Below, piece by piece: positions 11,720 to 22,856 of a DNA stretch of 64,000 nucleotides. Position 1 is the stretch's first letter; the number at the start of each line of letters is the position of its first letter. Origin of the DNA: Amoeboaphelidium occidentale (Eukaryota); assembly GCA_023515795.1 (NCBI GenBank), contig JALGPX010000047.1:1-64000 (forward strand), read 5' to 3'. Under the pieces are notes generated by a model, which did no database searches, was not told where the DNA came from, and was given only the letters and a program-made list of their open reading frames with translations. The translations under genes and the position numbers were made by a program.

Positions 11720-11990
11720 TTAAACTTTATAAGTAAGATATCCAAATGAGTACACATCAAACATCTTAAAATCGACTCTGGAGTACTTCTTGCTTCGAAA
11801 ACTACTAAAAGCTTCAGGAGAAGCATTATGTACTGAAAGTCCTCTCAAGTTGATGATATTAAACGATTTCGCAGCAATGATAGATTCTGAGAGGACTTGC
11901 GCAATACCAAAGTCCGTGATGAAGAAGCTTGGAACACGATAAGAAACTTTAACTAAGATATTTTGCGGTTTAATAACGAAAAAGGTTTTT
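11720..11990 (-). pseudogene. Protein kinase catalytic-domain fragment
   Basis: IKPQNILV, TDFGIAQ, ASPE and FDVYSFG motifs; lacks HRD and the N-lobe and ends prematurely. Confidence 0.75.
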
Positions 11991-12016
11991 ATTTCTCGTA
12001 GAGACATTTCAAGAGC

Positions 12017-12634
12017 TTAGAAAAGAGTGACCAATACAGCTGATATCAAAGGAACAATACCAAAAGACAAAGTCTGGACCAACGAGTGAGTAGCATCAGA
12101 TTGCAGACCATTGTTGAAACAAGAGATGTAGGCAGCCTTGAAAGAAGATTCACCTTCAACTGTTGTGTTACAGAAGTTGGTCTGTACCTTAGTACTTGCT
12201 GTGCAGTCAGTACACCCGTCATCTTTACAATCAGCACTAGTTAAAGAGCCACCACCACATGTAAGCTTTAGCCATGTTGATCCTGACTTTTGGCATTGAT
12301 CGATCTTTAGATAAACAATAGAACCAGGTTCAGCTGAACATTCTCCAGCAGAGAAAAGTTTAGTTTGAGTCCATTGACCAGACTTGACAGGTTCAGGAAC
12401 CATTTTCGGTGCATCATCAACACAAGAAGTAGCCAAAGAAGAAAACCCAGTGCTAACACAAGTACCATTAAAAGCAGCACATGTAAAATCAACATTAGTC
12501 GTGACAGGATTTTGTGTGACCATGTCGACCTTGGAGCACTTGTCATCAGAGCCCATGATGACCTGGGTCCACTTTGCAGAGAAGACGGTGGAGGCAGATA
12601 AGGCAGCAATTAAAAGACTTTTAAAGAGCATCAT
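12017..12634 (-). CDS. Secreted cysteine-rich protein, likely GPI-anchored
   Basis: Signal peptide MMLFKSLLIAALSASTVFSA, many Cys, hydrophobic C-terminal tail after SDA. Confidence 0.8.
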   Translation of the reverse strand: MMLFKSLLIAALSASTVFSAKWTQVIMGSDDKCSKVDMVTQNPVTTNVDFTCAAFNGTCVSTGFSSLATSCVDDAPKMVPEPVKSGQWTQTKLFSAGECSAEPGSIVYLKIDQCQKSGSTWLKLTCGGGSLTSADCKDDGCTDCTASTKVQTNFCNTTVEGESSFKAAYISCFNNGLQSDATHSLVQTLSFGIVPLISAVLVTLF

Positions 12635-13051
12635 TTGAATTTGATTCAAAGTTGAAACAAAGGTGGGAAATCTGATTGACACTGACACTGCTCCGCGCTA
12701 TCTGTTTGCCTCAGCTTGTTTGGACTTGGTTGTCAAGCAAATCGCTGATATCTCATTGACTTTTCATAGCACTGACAGCAAGCATGCGAATGGTATCCTT
12801 TTTAGCAATTTATTCATAAGATAATAGTCTAAAAGTTTTTCCAAGAACTTCTTCGGTGTTGTAACTGAAATGCTCTATCTTTTACACTTTAATTGGAGCT
12901 ATGATCATTAAAGTCGCTAGACGATCCCGTTCCGTGTGAAACAGCTCAACCTTTTTAAAATTTCTATTGTTTCAACTTTGGTTCCCTCATAATCCGCTTT
13001 TCCTATTTTCAAACGCCACAAGCTGCGTTCCCTTTTCGTTCAAAGTTTGAC

Positions 13052-14357
13052 ATGAGGAACATTTTTAACTTATTGGCCGTTGCAGTGCCTCTGGTCAGCG
13101 CTGGAGTTATTGATTTAGACCCAACCAATTTCGACTCTGTTGTCGATGGGTCAAAGCACGCTCTTGTTGAATTCTTTGCTCCATGGTAAACCACCACAGA
13201 CTGACTATATTAACTTTTCCCTTAAGGTGTGGTCATTGCAAGAACTTGGCCCCTGTTTACGAAGAGTTGGGCTCAGCATACGAAGCACTTGGCAAAGATG
13301 TTGTCATTGCAAAGGTTGACGCTGATGCACATCAAGAATTAGGAAGTCGCTTTGGTAAGAATGCTACTCTTTATTTGGTCTAATGCATTTTTCTATGAAG
13401 GCATTCAAGGATTTCCTACTTTAAAATTCTTCCCTAAGGGCTCTACTGAACCTGTTGATTACAAGGGTGGTCGCTCGTTTGATGACTTTGTCGCATATTT
13501 AAAGGAAAACACCGGCGTCGCTCCTAAAATGGCACCAAAGATTTCGTACGTGAAGGAATTGACTGATGAGAACTTTCACAGTGTTGTCCTTAATGAAAGT
13601 GCTCACGTTTTTGTTAAATTCTATGCGCCATGGTAAACTTTTATGAAGGGACATTGAATGATTAATTGTTTCAAGGTGTGGTCATTGTAAGTCATTAGCG
13701 CCCGTCTATGAAAACCTGGCAAAATTGTTCTCTAGTGAATCTTCAGTTGTTATCGCTGATGTTGACGCTGATAAATACAAGTCAATAGGAGAAGAGTTCA
13801 AGATTGAAGGCTTTCCAACTTTAAAGTTGTTCAAGAAGGATGCAAAGTCAACTCCTATTGAATGCAACGGAGAGCGAACTTTATTGAGTTTGCTTTCTTA
13901 TCTTAATTCCCAATTGGGCACTCAGAGAGCAAAGACTGGTCGTTTGAACAATTTCGCTGGGTTATTGGAACCACTAGATCAGAAAGTTAAGGATTTCATG
14001 GCTTCAGTTAATAAGGAAGAAACTATTAAGAGCTGGAAGAATGAATTGGCTACTTTGGTTGCTGATGTTGACTCTCCATACAAGGAATTCGCTCTAAACT
14101 ATTACATTCATGCTGCTGAAAAGATTGCCAAGAAGGGAATCGCATATGTCAGAAAAGAAAGCCAGCGTTTAACAAAATTATTAGAGAAAGACGAAGATGC
14201 TCTTGGAGGTAAGGATAAGGTAGATAGTATTCAAATGAGAAAGAACATTCTAGCCGTATTTGCTGGTGATGTCAAGAAGTATTACAATGCAAAGCCTGGA
14301 CCAGGCGTGGTTGGAACTGCTGGATTTGCCGACACTGTCTCAAAGGAGGAATTGTAA
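13052..14357 (+). CDS. Protein disulfide isomerase, ERp38/TigA type (two thioredoxin domains plus ERp29c-like domain)
   Basis: Signal peptide; two WCGHC motifs restored by introns 13186-13226 and 13633-13675, third intron 13355-13400; C-terminal KEEL. Confidence 0.92.
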
Positions 14358-14438
14358 TAAATTATTTGGGAGCTTGTACAATGGGCCCATTAATGCGTGC
14401 TATTTATAGATTTTTGGAAGCTACACAATTTGTGACGC

Positions 14439-15140
14439 ATGTTCATTTTTAAAGTTTGCAAAATGTCTCATATGCTGATATCTGCTTTGCTTTACCTAGC
14501 TGCGATGGTTTCAACTAAATGGATTAGCACAGAAGTGAGTATGGATTCTCAATGCAACTCTACAGACATTTTGATACAATATCTTGATCTCGCCAATACA
14601 TGCGTTTCAAACGATTTCGACACTTGCAAGAAGTATCCTTACAAAGAATCATATTTCAAGGAAGTTTGTCTTAATGATACCACACTTGAGCTGCCTGATC
14701 TCATAAAGAATGAGACATGGATTGAAACTAAGGACTTTTTCGATGATGAATGTTCCGGTACTGTTGGAAAGGTCAAATATGTCAAAGAGAATTCATGCAT
14801 TATCATATCGGAGTCGGTTTATCACAAGTTCGAATGTTCTAGGGAGGGTGTTGAAGTTCTAACGTGCAGTAACTCAAATTGCACAAGTTGCGACAATCCT
14901 GAACGATTAACTCTGAACCATTGCAAAGCAAACGAATATGGTCCATTAGAGTCTTCAATAGTCAAGTGCTTGAAAAATGGTATTGACATGGCTAAATTGG
15001 ATCACGAACAAGATCCTCACAAACCGAATAATACTTGGATCGCACCTGTAGTTGCTGGTTTCATGCTTACAATACTAATTTCTGGTGTTATGGCATATTA
15101 CATTAGTCAAAAGAGAACAACGTACGATGAGCTTCCATAG
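14439..15140 (+). CDS. Cysteine-rich type I membrane protein, paralogue of 12017-12634
   Basis: Signal peptide; KWISTEVSMDSQC versus KWTQVIMGSDDKC with shared Cys spacing; TM helix and cytosolic YDEL (YxxL) tail. Confidence 0.75.
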   Translation: MFIFKVCKMSHMLISALLYLAAMVSTKWISTEVSMDSQCNSTDILIQYLDLANTCVSNDFDTCKKYPYKESYFKEVCLNDTTLELPDLIKNETWIETKDFFDDECSGTVGKVKYVKENSCIIISESVYHKFECSREGVEVLTCSNSNCTSCDNPERLTLNHCKANEYGPLESSIVKCLKNGIDMAKLDHEQDPHKPNNTWIAPVVAGFMLTILISGVMAYYISQKRTTYDELP

Positions 15141-15169
15141 AATGCTAAAGAAATAGAAATTTAATATCA

Positions 15170-16405
15170 TCAATTCTCTGTTCGTGTTCGGATATGCGCC
15201 GGCGAATTTGGACTCTTAAGATTTGCAGGATGTAAACCCACAAATGGAGAGAGAGGAACAGACATTGATGAACTGTAACGTTTCCTTTGCGAAGGTTGCC
15301 TACCGAGTCTCTTGTTCTTGTTCGTGAAGGAGTCTTCCGGGACGTTGTAGCTTTTCCTTTGAATTGATGTCGTAGAATTATTGTAGCGAATGAACGTGGG
15401 TGATAAAGGACTACTGGCCGTTGTCTTTTGAACTGGAACAGACTTGATACTCCTGGAACTGGAATTCAAGTTCTGAGTGTTAATCTTGAGTTTGTCCTGT
15501 GACTTGAATGGAAATCTCCAACTGGGTCGATTATGTCCAGAAGCAATATTGTTGGAAGTTGCTGCTGTGAACACTGGGAACGAATGTGCAAGAACAGGCG
15601 ATACTCGTGTAGGAGATTCTGCTGCAATCTGCTCTTCATCATCAATAACTTTGTCCAACAAAACAGCTTCCTCTGACGTTTTGCCAACACCGCTATCAAC
15701 AGTATTTGATGATACTCCGACAGAGGAAGTCATAGTGTCATTATTACCTGATTCGACACTGTCCATTGACATACTCAGTCCTTTCTGAACCCATCGTAAA
15801 CTTTGTTCATGTAGCACTCTGGGCATCTCTTCTACTAACACGCTGCGTATTTGCTTCTCAATTTCATTCTGCAGCATATCTCGAACGGAAGGCATATCAT
15901 CAAAAGTAGACATGACGTATATCTGCTGAATGGGATCATTCTTGAACGATAAAGATAATCCCTTTGTGACAGACACTGACAAGTAGAATATCGCATCCAT
16001 CATAATATCGCATATCCTCAACTGCATCGGAACAACCAGAGGCTTATGAGCATTGACCATCCCATTAGCCCCGTAAGAATTAACAATACCAATAGTTGGT
16101 CGTGCTTTGGGCATTTGTGACGATGATGGTGTAACAGGATTCACTTGCACTTTAGTCTGCAGAACCAAATACGCATCACCAGAGTAGTTCATCCTGAATA
16201 TTCCCTTAAAACGATCCAGCCCAATATCGCTAATCTCCAGAATCTCCAATGAAGGCGGAACAGTGCCAAGAAACAGTTCAGATACAAGAATATCATCGAC
16301 GATATGCGGCGGTTTAGCGCCTTTGTTCAATGCGCTCTCGATCTGCCCAACGGCGTCTTTGTAGAATTCGTCATCGAACGCAGGCCAATTGAACTTGAAT
16401 GCCAT
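15170..16405 (-). CDS. MDM34: ERMES subunit Mdm34 (SMP domain)
   Basis: MAFKFNWPAF...ALNKGAKPPHIVDDI...LGTVPPSLEILEI...KVQVNP...FKNDP is the Mdm34 signature. Confidence 0.92.
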   Translation of the reverse strand: MAFKFNWPAFDDEFYKDAVGQIESALNKGAKPPHIVDDILVSELFLGTVPPSLEILEISDIGLDRFKGIFRMNYSGDAYLVLQTKVQVNPVTPSSSQMPKARPTIGIVNSYGANGMVNAHKPLVVPMQLRICDIMMDAIFYLSVSVTKGLSLSFKNDPIQQIYVMSTFDDMPSVRDMLQNEIEKQIRSVLVEEMPRVLHEQSLRWVQKGLSMSMDSVESGNNDTMTSSVGVSSNTVDSGVGKTSEEAVLLDKVIDDEEQIAAESPTRVSPVLAHSFPVFTAATSNNIASGHNRPSWRFPFKSQDKLKINTQNLNSSSRSIKSVPVQKTTASSPLSPTFIRYNNSTTSIQRKSYNVPEDSFTNKNKRLGRQPSQRKRYSSSMSVPLSPFVGLHPANLKSPNSPAHIRTRTEN

Positions 16406-16555
16406 GCCGAGTGATTTGCAGAAGAACCAGATTGGAGCTTCAAAGCGGGAGGATTTCAAGGGGAATATGATATCTCTTACGATAGTTGTTCTTATGCTGC
16501 AATATCATCACATGCAAATGCGATCCAGCGTTTTTGTCTTGAAACTGATATCAAA

Positions 16556-17551
16556 ATGGAACCGTCTTTGCAGAACATTCTGGACCAGAAGTCATTGAAG
16601 TGGATCTTTGTTGGTGGTAAAGGAGGTGTTGGTAAAACAACTTCTTCCTGTTCATTGGCTGTGCAGCTGTCGAAGGTTAGAGACCGCGTGCTGTTAATTA
16701 GCACGGATCCTGCGCATAATTTATCGGACGCATTCGCACAAAAATTCTCCAGACAACCGACACTCGTTAATGGCTTTTCTAACTTATTCGCTATGGAAAT
16801 TGACCCTGTTGCATCTTTACAGGATATGATGCAGGAACAACAGCAGCAGCAGCAGCAGCAAAATGCCTCAGGTGCTGGTGGAATGGGCGGTCTATCTTCT
16901 GCATTAATTGGTGAATTATCATTTGCTATTCCTGGCGTTGATGAGGCGATGGGTTTTGCTGAAGTTATGAAGTTGGTTAATTCCATGGATTATTCGGTGG
17001 TTGTGTTTGATACTGCGCCAACTGGTCACACTCTGCGCTTCTTGTCTTTTCCTACGGTCTTAGAGAAAGGCTTGGGAAAGCTTGGAGAATTGAGTAGCAG
17101 ATTTGGGCCAATGATGGAGCAGATGGGTTCACTCTTGGGGTCACCAACGAATTTGTCTCAGTTAACCGATAAGCTGGAACAGACTAAACAAGTGATCCAC
17201 GAAGTCAACCAACAGTTTCAGAATCCTGACAAGACAACATTTGTCTGTGTGTGCATTTCTGAGTTTCTGTCGCTTTATGAAACTGAACGAATGATACAGG
17301 AACTCACCTCATTCAACATTGATACTCACAATATCATTGTTAATCAATTGCTATTCCCAAAGTCTGGAACCAACTGTGAACAGTGTTTGGTTAGACGCAA
17401 AATGCAACAGAAATATTTGGATCAGATTCATGACTTATACGAAGACTTTCATGTTGTTGAATTGCCCCTGCTAACAAAGGAAGTCAGAGGTGTCGATAAC
17501 ATTAAAGAGTTCTCTGAGATGCTCGTTCATCCATACAAGCCCGAGGCGTAA
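16556..17551 (+). CDS. GET3: ATPase GET3/ASNA1 (tail-anchored protein targeting)
   Basis: [39 protein letters not shown]. Confidence 0.97.
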   Translation: MEPSLQNILDQKSLKWIFVGGKGGVGKTTSSCSLAVQLSKVRDRVLLISTDPAHNLSDAFAQKFSRQPTLVNGFSNLFAMEIDPVASLQDMMQEQQQQQQQQNASGAGGMGGLSSALIGELSFAIPGVDEAMGFAEVMKLVNSMDYSVVVFDTAPTGHTLRFLSFPTVLEKGLGKLGELSSRFGPMMEQMGSLLGSPTNLSQLTDKLEQTKQVIHEVNQQFQNPDKTTFVCVCISEFLSLYETERMIQELTSFNIDTHNIIVNQLLFPKSGTNCEQCLVRRKMQQKYLDQIHDLYEDFHVVELPLLTKEVRGVDNIKEFSEMLVHPYKPEA

Positions 17552-17685
17552 CTGCGTGGGAATGTTTACGGGGGCCTAAAGTTTAAATCGACAAGGGGAA
17601 GTTTGTTTGTGTGGGGTACGGTACAATAAACTGGTTTAAAAATCCAATCGGATTTCGTAATAATTCTATTCTTTGGATTTTGTAA

Positions 17686-19705
17686 ATGAAGTATTTTGTT
17701 ATTTTTTTACCTTTGCTGCTTTTAAAAGCCTTTTGTGTTCCGGAACATTTGTCTGATGCTAAAAGCATTGAAGATTATCTCATTGAAGGATTATGGCAGC
17801 AGCACTACAAAGAACCTTCAGATCAACAAAGTAGCACTTACAATCCGGAAGTATCTGTTGGTGTTGATGATGCTCTGAAAGTTGAAACAAAGTTTGGCAA
17901 AGTGTATGGTCAATACGCACCTCCTGAACGATCTATGGACCCAAGAAAATTTCCGATCGAAACTAAACGTTCATGGGTTCGTGCTTATCTTGGTCTGCCT
18001 TTTGCTAAGCCTCCTGTTGGTCATTTACGTTTTGCTCATTCTGTCAGATGGAATCAGAAGTTTCAAGAGGTTTACGGAAGAGATTATTTGAATCTGACTG
18101 AGTACGGACCACAGTGCATTCAAACATTACCTTTCCCACCAAGTTTCTTGGCAGAAGATTGTCTTTATATGAACATTTTTAAACCTCCTGCTCATATGGT
18201 CAGTAATGATGAGAAGTTACCAGTTTTGTTTTGGTCGTTTGGTGGCGCGTGGATGTTTGGTAGTGGAGGCGTTGGTGCTGTTAATGGTTTGAACATGTAT
18301 TCTGGAAATGCTGNNNNNNNNNNNNNNNNNNNTCAGTAATGATGAGAAGTTACCAGTTTTGTTTTGGTCATTTGGTGGCGCGTGGATGTTTGGTAGTGGA
18401 GGCGTTGGTGCTGTTAATGGTTTGAACATGTATTCTGGAAATGCTGTTCTACTGGAGCACAAGTACATCTTGGTCACTGCAAATGTTAGAGTTTCTTCCC
18501 TTGGTTACATGAATGCTGGTTATTCAAAAGGAAACTACGGCTTGCTGGATATTGTTACGGCGTTGGAGTATGTGTATGAGAACATTGAAGCTTTTGGTGG
18601 TGATAAAGAAAGGATTACACTTGCTGGAATGTCCTCTGGTTCTTACAATGCTGTCATGACACTTTTGGCCTCAAGAAATGCAGGAAACAAAATCATTAGC
18701 AAGTTGTGGTTAATGTCTGCGCCGCTTAGTTTCAGACCCCGCTCTGCTGCTGAGGGCTGTAGAAGATCAGAAATTCATGCTAAACGTCTTGGCTGTGATC
18801 TGAATGATTTGTATTGTTTGAGAAAGGTCAGTGTTGTCAAGTTAGCTATACTGGAGGCAAGACCTTTCATGATAAATAATACTGCTGGACTCAAAGATCC
18901 TTTGCAGTGGTTCATCACTGAAGACCCTGAGTATGGTTTATCTCAGGAGTTAAATACAAGTATGTTTGAAGGTTTGGACATCGTTGTTGGAACAACTAGA
19001 TATGAAGCTGCTCTGTTCTTTGTTCTATTCGAGACTATCAAAGGAGGGTCTTTAATATGGTATAAGGGAAATCGGTCAACTTATGATACCATGAAGGACT
19101 GGGCAATATCTCAACTACCTGGACCTCTTCAAGCAAATGCCGCCGATAGAATGTATAGGCAAGCAATCAAGACATTATTTGCAGATCGTAGCGAAGACGT
19201 TCTTTCAAAGTATCCAGCACAGCATCGATTAATGGCAAATGTCTACCAATTGATGGATGTTTTCTCTCAAAGAATGTTTGTGTGTCCTTCTCTTGATTTT
19301 GCGGCTGATCTTGCAAAACAGAATATTTCTGTAAAATACTATGAACAATTCCAAGGTCCGTCAGTAAAGATCTTTTCTGAAGGTCATATGGGAAAGTTCA
19401 GAGCACCTCATGGACTTGATCTTTTGTATCTGTTTAAATATTTTCCTGACCTACACCCTAATGATGAGAAAATGTCTGAGATCATGCTGCACTACTTGAC
19501 AGAGTTCATGGGTGTTGAGAGCAATTCAGACAAATACTTGCTGAAGATGCAAAACGCAAAACAACCGATTATTGAAGAGTTCCAGACATGGCCAAGATTT
19601 GATAAACAAAGGGTAATCATGAAACTTGGAAAATATGAAAGAGACAGTGTCAGAATGGAAAAGGATGAGTATGAAGAAATCTGTAATTTTTGGAGAAGCT
19701 TTTAA
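17686..19705 (+). CDS. Secreted type-B carboxylesterase/lipase (apparent split is an assembly gap)
   Basis: Signal peptide, YLGLPFAKPPVGHLRF, EDCLYMN, GMSSG nucleophile elbow, RYEA, APHGLDL; 18201-18313 is repeated after the N gap. Confidence 0.9.
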
Positions 19706-19720
19706 ATAAATTTTTTACTA

Positions 19721-20662
19721 TTATCTAAAATTTGGAGGAGGTTCTTGCGTTGGTATTTGACCATACTGAAACTGTTGCTGTTGCCAAAGTTGTAATTGTT
19801 CAGGTGTCATATTAACAGGCGGTTGAACCATTTGTGGTTGTACTTGCACTGGTTGCTGCTGCTGTGCAAATTGAGCTTGTGGCTGAAACGCAGGATTTGG
19901 ACCAAAAGGCGAAGTTTGGAGTAGAGGTTGAGCCTGCGGTTGAAATGCACTTGGAGTCTGCTGAAACGTATTCACAGGCTGTTGAAATGCAGGCTGTGAA
20001 GGCGCGCCAAAAGCAGATGGAGTAGCAGGAGCACCAAACGCAGACGTTGCAGGCGACCCAAAAGCAGACTGAGCTGGTTGACTGAATGCTGACTGCTGCC
20101 CAAACGAACTCGGCGTGCCAAATGCAGATCGTTGTTGCGCAGAAGGAACCCCAAAAGTTGAACTGAAACCTGAAGCTTTACTTCCACTAGGGCGGTTGTA
20201 CTCTTTAACTTTCTCATTAATTCCTCTGACAATGTTATGCAAATCTTTCGTCGTATTCTGCACAAACTGATTCCGCAAGTTCTCCAACTGAGCCAAATAA
20301 TTGCCATAAATAGAAAAGTCATTCACATACCGCGCTTCGTAGTATTTCATCCGAAGTTCTTCCGGCGACACTTCCAAACCTGGTGGCGTAATGGTCAACT
20401 CAGGACACGCTGCAGTTTCTGGTGAATACGCAGAGAATGGCCATATCTTCAGAGCCAAATCGTCTTTGATATTCTGCGATGTCATGAGTGGCACCTGTTG
20501 CTGCTGTTGCGACTGCGATTGCTGCTGCTGTTGCTGCGATTGACTACCAAAACCTCTGACGCCATCCGGTCCTGCTCGCTGATGCAAATTACGGCAACTG
20601 GAACCGTACCGACAGTTTCCCCTCAAAAAGAATTGGCAAATTTGTCTCGACTGCTGCTGCAT
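19721..20662 (-). CDS. CCCH zinc-finger FG nucleoporin (Nup42/NUPL2/Amo1-like)
   Basis: CQFFLRGNCRYGSSCRNLH, WPFSAY, EVSPEELR, SAFG repeats, FQYGQIPTQEPPP C-terminus. Confidence 0.85.
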   Translation of the reverse strand: MQQQSRQICQFFLRGNCRYGSSCRNLHQRAGPDGVRGFGSQSQQQQQQSQSQQQQQVPLMTSQNIKDDLALKIWPFSAYSPETAACPELTITPPGLEVSPEELRMKYYEARYVNDFSIYGNYLAQLENLRNQFVQNTTKDLHNIVRGINEKVKEYNRPSGSKASGFSSTFGVPSAQQRSAFGTPSSFGQQSAFSQPAQSAFGSPATSAFGAPATPSAFGAPSQPAFQQPVNTFQQTPSAFQPQAQPLLQTSPFGPNPAFQPQAQFAQQQQPVQVQPQMVQPPVNMTPEQLQLWQQQQFQYGQIPTQEPPPNFR

Positions 20663-20695
20663 CTTCTCAATATAATCGTTTACAGAAAATCAAAA

Positions 20696-21860
20696 ATGAA
20701 AGTGGCTTTGGTGCAGTTCTATCCGCTCTTTAAGAAGCCCCTGGAGAATATCCAAACAGTCGATGCTCTGCTGGAGAAGAACGGAATATGCCGTGAAGGA
20801 ATGGTTGATCTTATCGTTTTGCCTGAGATGTCTTTTACTGGTTATTGCTTCGAAGATCGCAATGATATTGAGCCTTTTGTGGAAACGACAGAGCGGGGCG
20901 TATCTGTGGAATGGGCAAAGTTGACTTCAAAGAAGTTANNNNNNNNNNNNNNNNNNNNNTATCGTTTTGCCTGAGATGTCTTTTACTGGTTATTGCTTCG
21001 AAGATCGCAGTGATATTGAGCCTTTTGTGGAAACGACAGAGCGGGGCGTATCTGTGGAATGGGCAAAGTTGACTTCAAAGAAGTTACGATGTCACATTTG
21101 CGTGGGTGTTCCGTTGAAGGAGAATGGTGTATACTTCAATTCGCTTTTGATGGTTTCATGCGGAAGAGTCCTGCAGGTTTATCACAAGAATTTTCTTTAC
21201 GAAACGGATTATCGCTGGGCTGCTTCAGGTGGTGAATTTNNNNNNNNNNNNNNNNNNNNNTACTTCAATTCGCTTTTGATGGTTTCATGCGAAAGAGTCC
21301 TGCAGGTTTATCACAAGAATTTTCTTTACGAAACGGATTATCGCTGGGCTGCTTCAGGTGGTGAATTTAAATCGACTGTTATAAGTCACCAAGAAGATGG
21401 CTTGTATCAGTTTGGCCCTGAAACAAAACTTGGCTTTGGGATTTGTATGGACATCAACCCAATGGATTTTGAGCCGGAACGATATCGTCTTTATGAGTTT
21501 GCGTCTTATCATTCTGCTAATAATTCAAAGTTGCTGATAATGAGCATGGCCTGGTTGACACATGAGATGCAGCCTTTGATCACAGACAAGAATCATTATG
21601 AGCATGGCGCGTACACCGTTAAAGGACAATGCAAAGACGATTCCGATGAAAACGAATGCATTATTGAAAGCCTGTCTTATTGGGTAGAGAGGCTGAAACC
21701 GCTATGGGGCAAAGACGTTAAAGTTTTGATATCAAACAGAATTGGCCAAGAGAAAGAAACTGTATTTGTAGGTTGTAGTTGCATTCTAGACATGAAGAAG
21801 CCAACAGTATTAAAATGCCTGGATCGAAAAAATGTAGGATTGTTGTTGTATGATCTTTGA
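20696..21860 (+). CDS. NTA1: Protein N-terminal amidase (nitrilase superfamily), interrupted by two assembly gaps
   Basis: MKVALVQF, VLPEMSFTGY, YHKNFLYETD, GICMDINP, SMAWL, SNRIGQE. Confidence 0.85.
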
Positions 21861-21931
21861 TGATCCCAACACGTGTTCAGGAGTGTATTGTTTTTGGGAT
21901 TTTTCCTCTTTTATCTTTCCGTTTGATAATT

Positions 21932-22303
21932 ATGAGATTTATTGCATTTGCTGTTGCTCTTGCTTCTTTAATATCTGCAGCACCGACTGATTCTGCAAGG
22001 AATTTGGAAACTGGTGGATCAGGCCGCAAAGGAATCTTTAGTGTGGGAATGACAAGATTCAGAAATGCTATCGGTAAAAGACCTCTGTTGGCTATTACTG
22101 GTGCCGCTTTAGCCGGAAGTGGTATTACTGCTGCTACAATTCTCGGAGTGCAGGACGCGAAGAGACGAACTGAAGCAAGAAAGTTGAGGGAATTGAATGA
22201 AGAATCTGAAACGGATAAAGAAGATTTGAACGATGAAAGCCAGAAAACTGATACAGTGGCTGATGAAGCTACGAATTTAAAGGTTAAACCTGTCTCTGAA
22301 TAA
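21932..22303 (+). CDS. Small secreted or membrane protein
   Basis: Signal peptide MRFIAFAVALASLISAAP, an internal Ala/Gly-rich hydrophobic segment and an acidic tail. Confidence 0.7.
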   Translation: MRFIAFAVALASLISAAPTDSARNLETGGSGRKGIFSVGMTRFRNAIGKRPLLAITGAALAGSGITAATILGVQDAKRRTEARKLRELNEESETDKEDLNDESQKTDTVADEATNLKVKPVSE

Positions 22304-22414
22304 AAGCGTTTCCAAGTATTTATCCTCTGTTTTGAGATTTGCGAGTTTTGTCCTCCTGATTGTCAATCACATGGTCTAGACTCCTTATTTTTCAATATTT
22401 TTTCACTGCCGTCA

Positions 22415-22792
22415 ATGAAGTTTCAACTTTTCATAGTAGCTCTGATATGCCTACAGTTCGCAAACGCTTCTCCTGTTGGTACTGAAAAGCCTCTGGAGTC
22501 TGCACCAAAATCAGGAATCGCGCCCATTTCAGAAAACCCTAAAGCTGATACTCCACCTCCAGGTTTAAAGGAAAAAGTAAAAAATGGTTTATCAAAGACA
22601 GGAACTTGGATAAAGAACAATCGCATCGCTCTAGCTGCAGTGGCTGCAACAGGTGCATTCACATTCATGGCAACAAAGCATTGGAAAAACAAGGGCTCCG
22701 AAGAGAAGAAAGTTACAGCTGAGCACAAGGATACAGATAATATTCCTGAAAAGGAAAAGAAGGAATCTATTGATGATGATGAGGATGCTTGA
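22415..22792 (+). CDS. Small secreted or membrane protein
   Basis: Signal peptide [20 protein letters not shown], internal [16 protein letters not shown] segment, charged tail. Confidence 0.7.
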   Translation: MKFQLFIVALICLQFANASPVGTEKPLESAPKSGIAPISENPKADTPPPGLKEKVKNGLSKTGTWIKNNRIALAAVAATGAFTFMATKHWKNKGSEEKKVTAEHKDTDNIPEKEKKESIDDDEDA

Positions 22793-22856
22793 AATAGATC
22801 TTAATCATTTTTCCCTCGCGCGATTGTTTCAACTTCAAAACGACGACAAGCGGAGG

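Noticed and set aside
18201..18444. Apparent internal tandem duplication and frameshift in the carboxylesterase
   Set aside because: Near-identical sequence on both sides of an N gap indicates unmerged contig or haplotype overlap
20810..21369. Apparent repeats within NTA1
   Set aside because: Both duplications straddle N gaps and differ by single SNPs; assembly artefact
22653..22856. N-terminal extension of Aurora overlapping the upstream secreted gene
   Set aside because: Begins at a non-ATG codon inside another CDS; ATG 22857 (MLSKEN) is the plausible start
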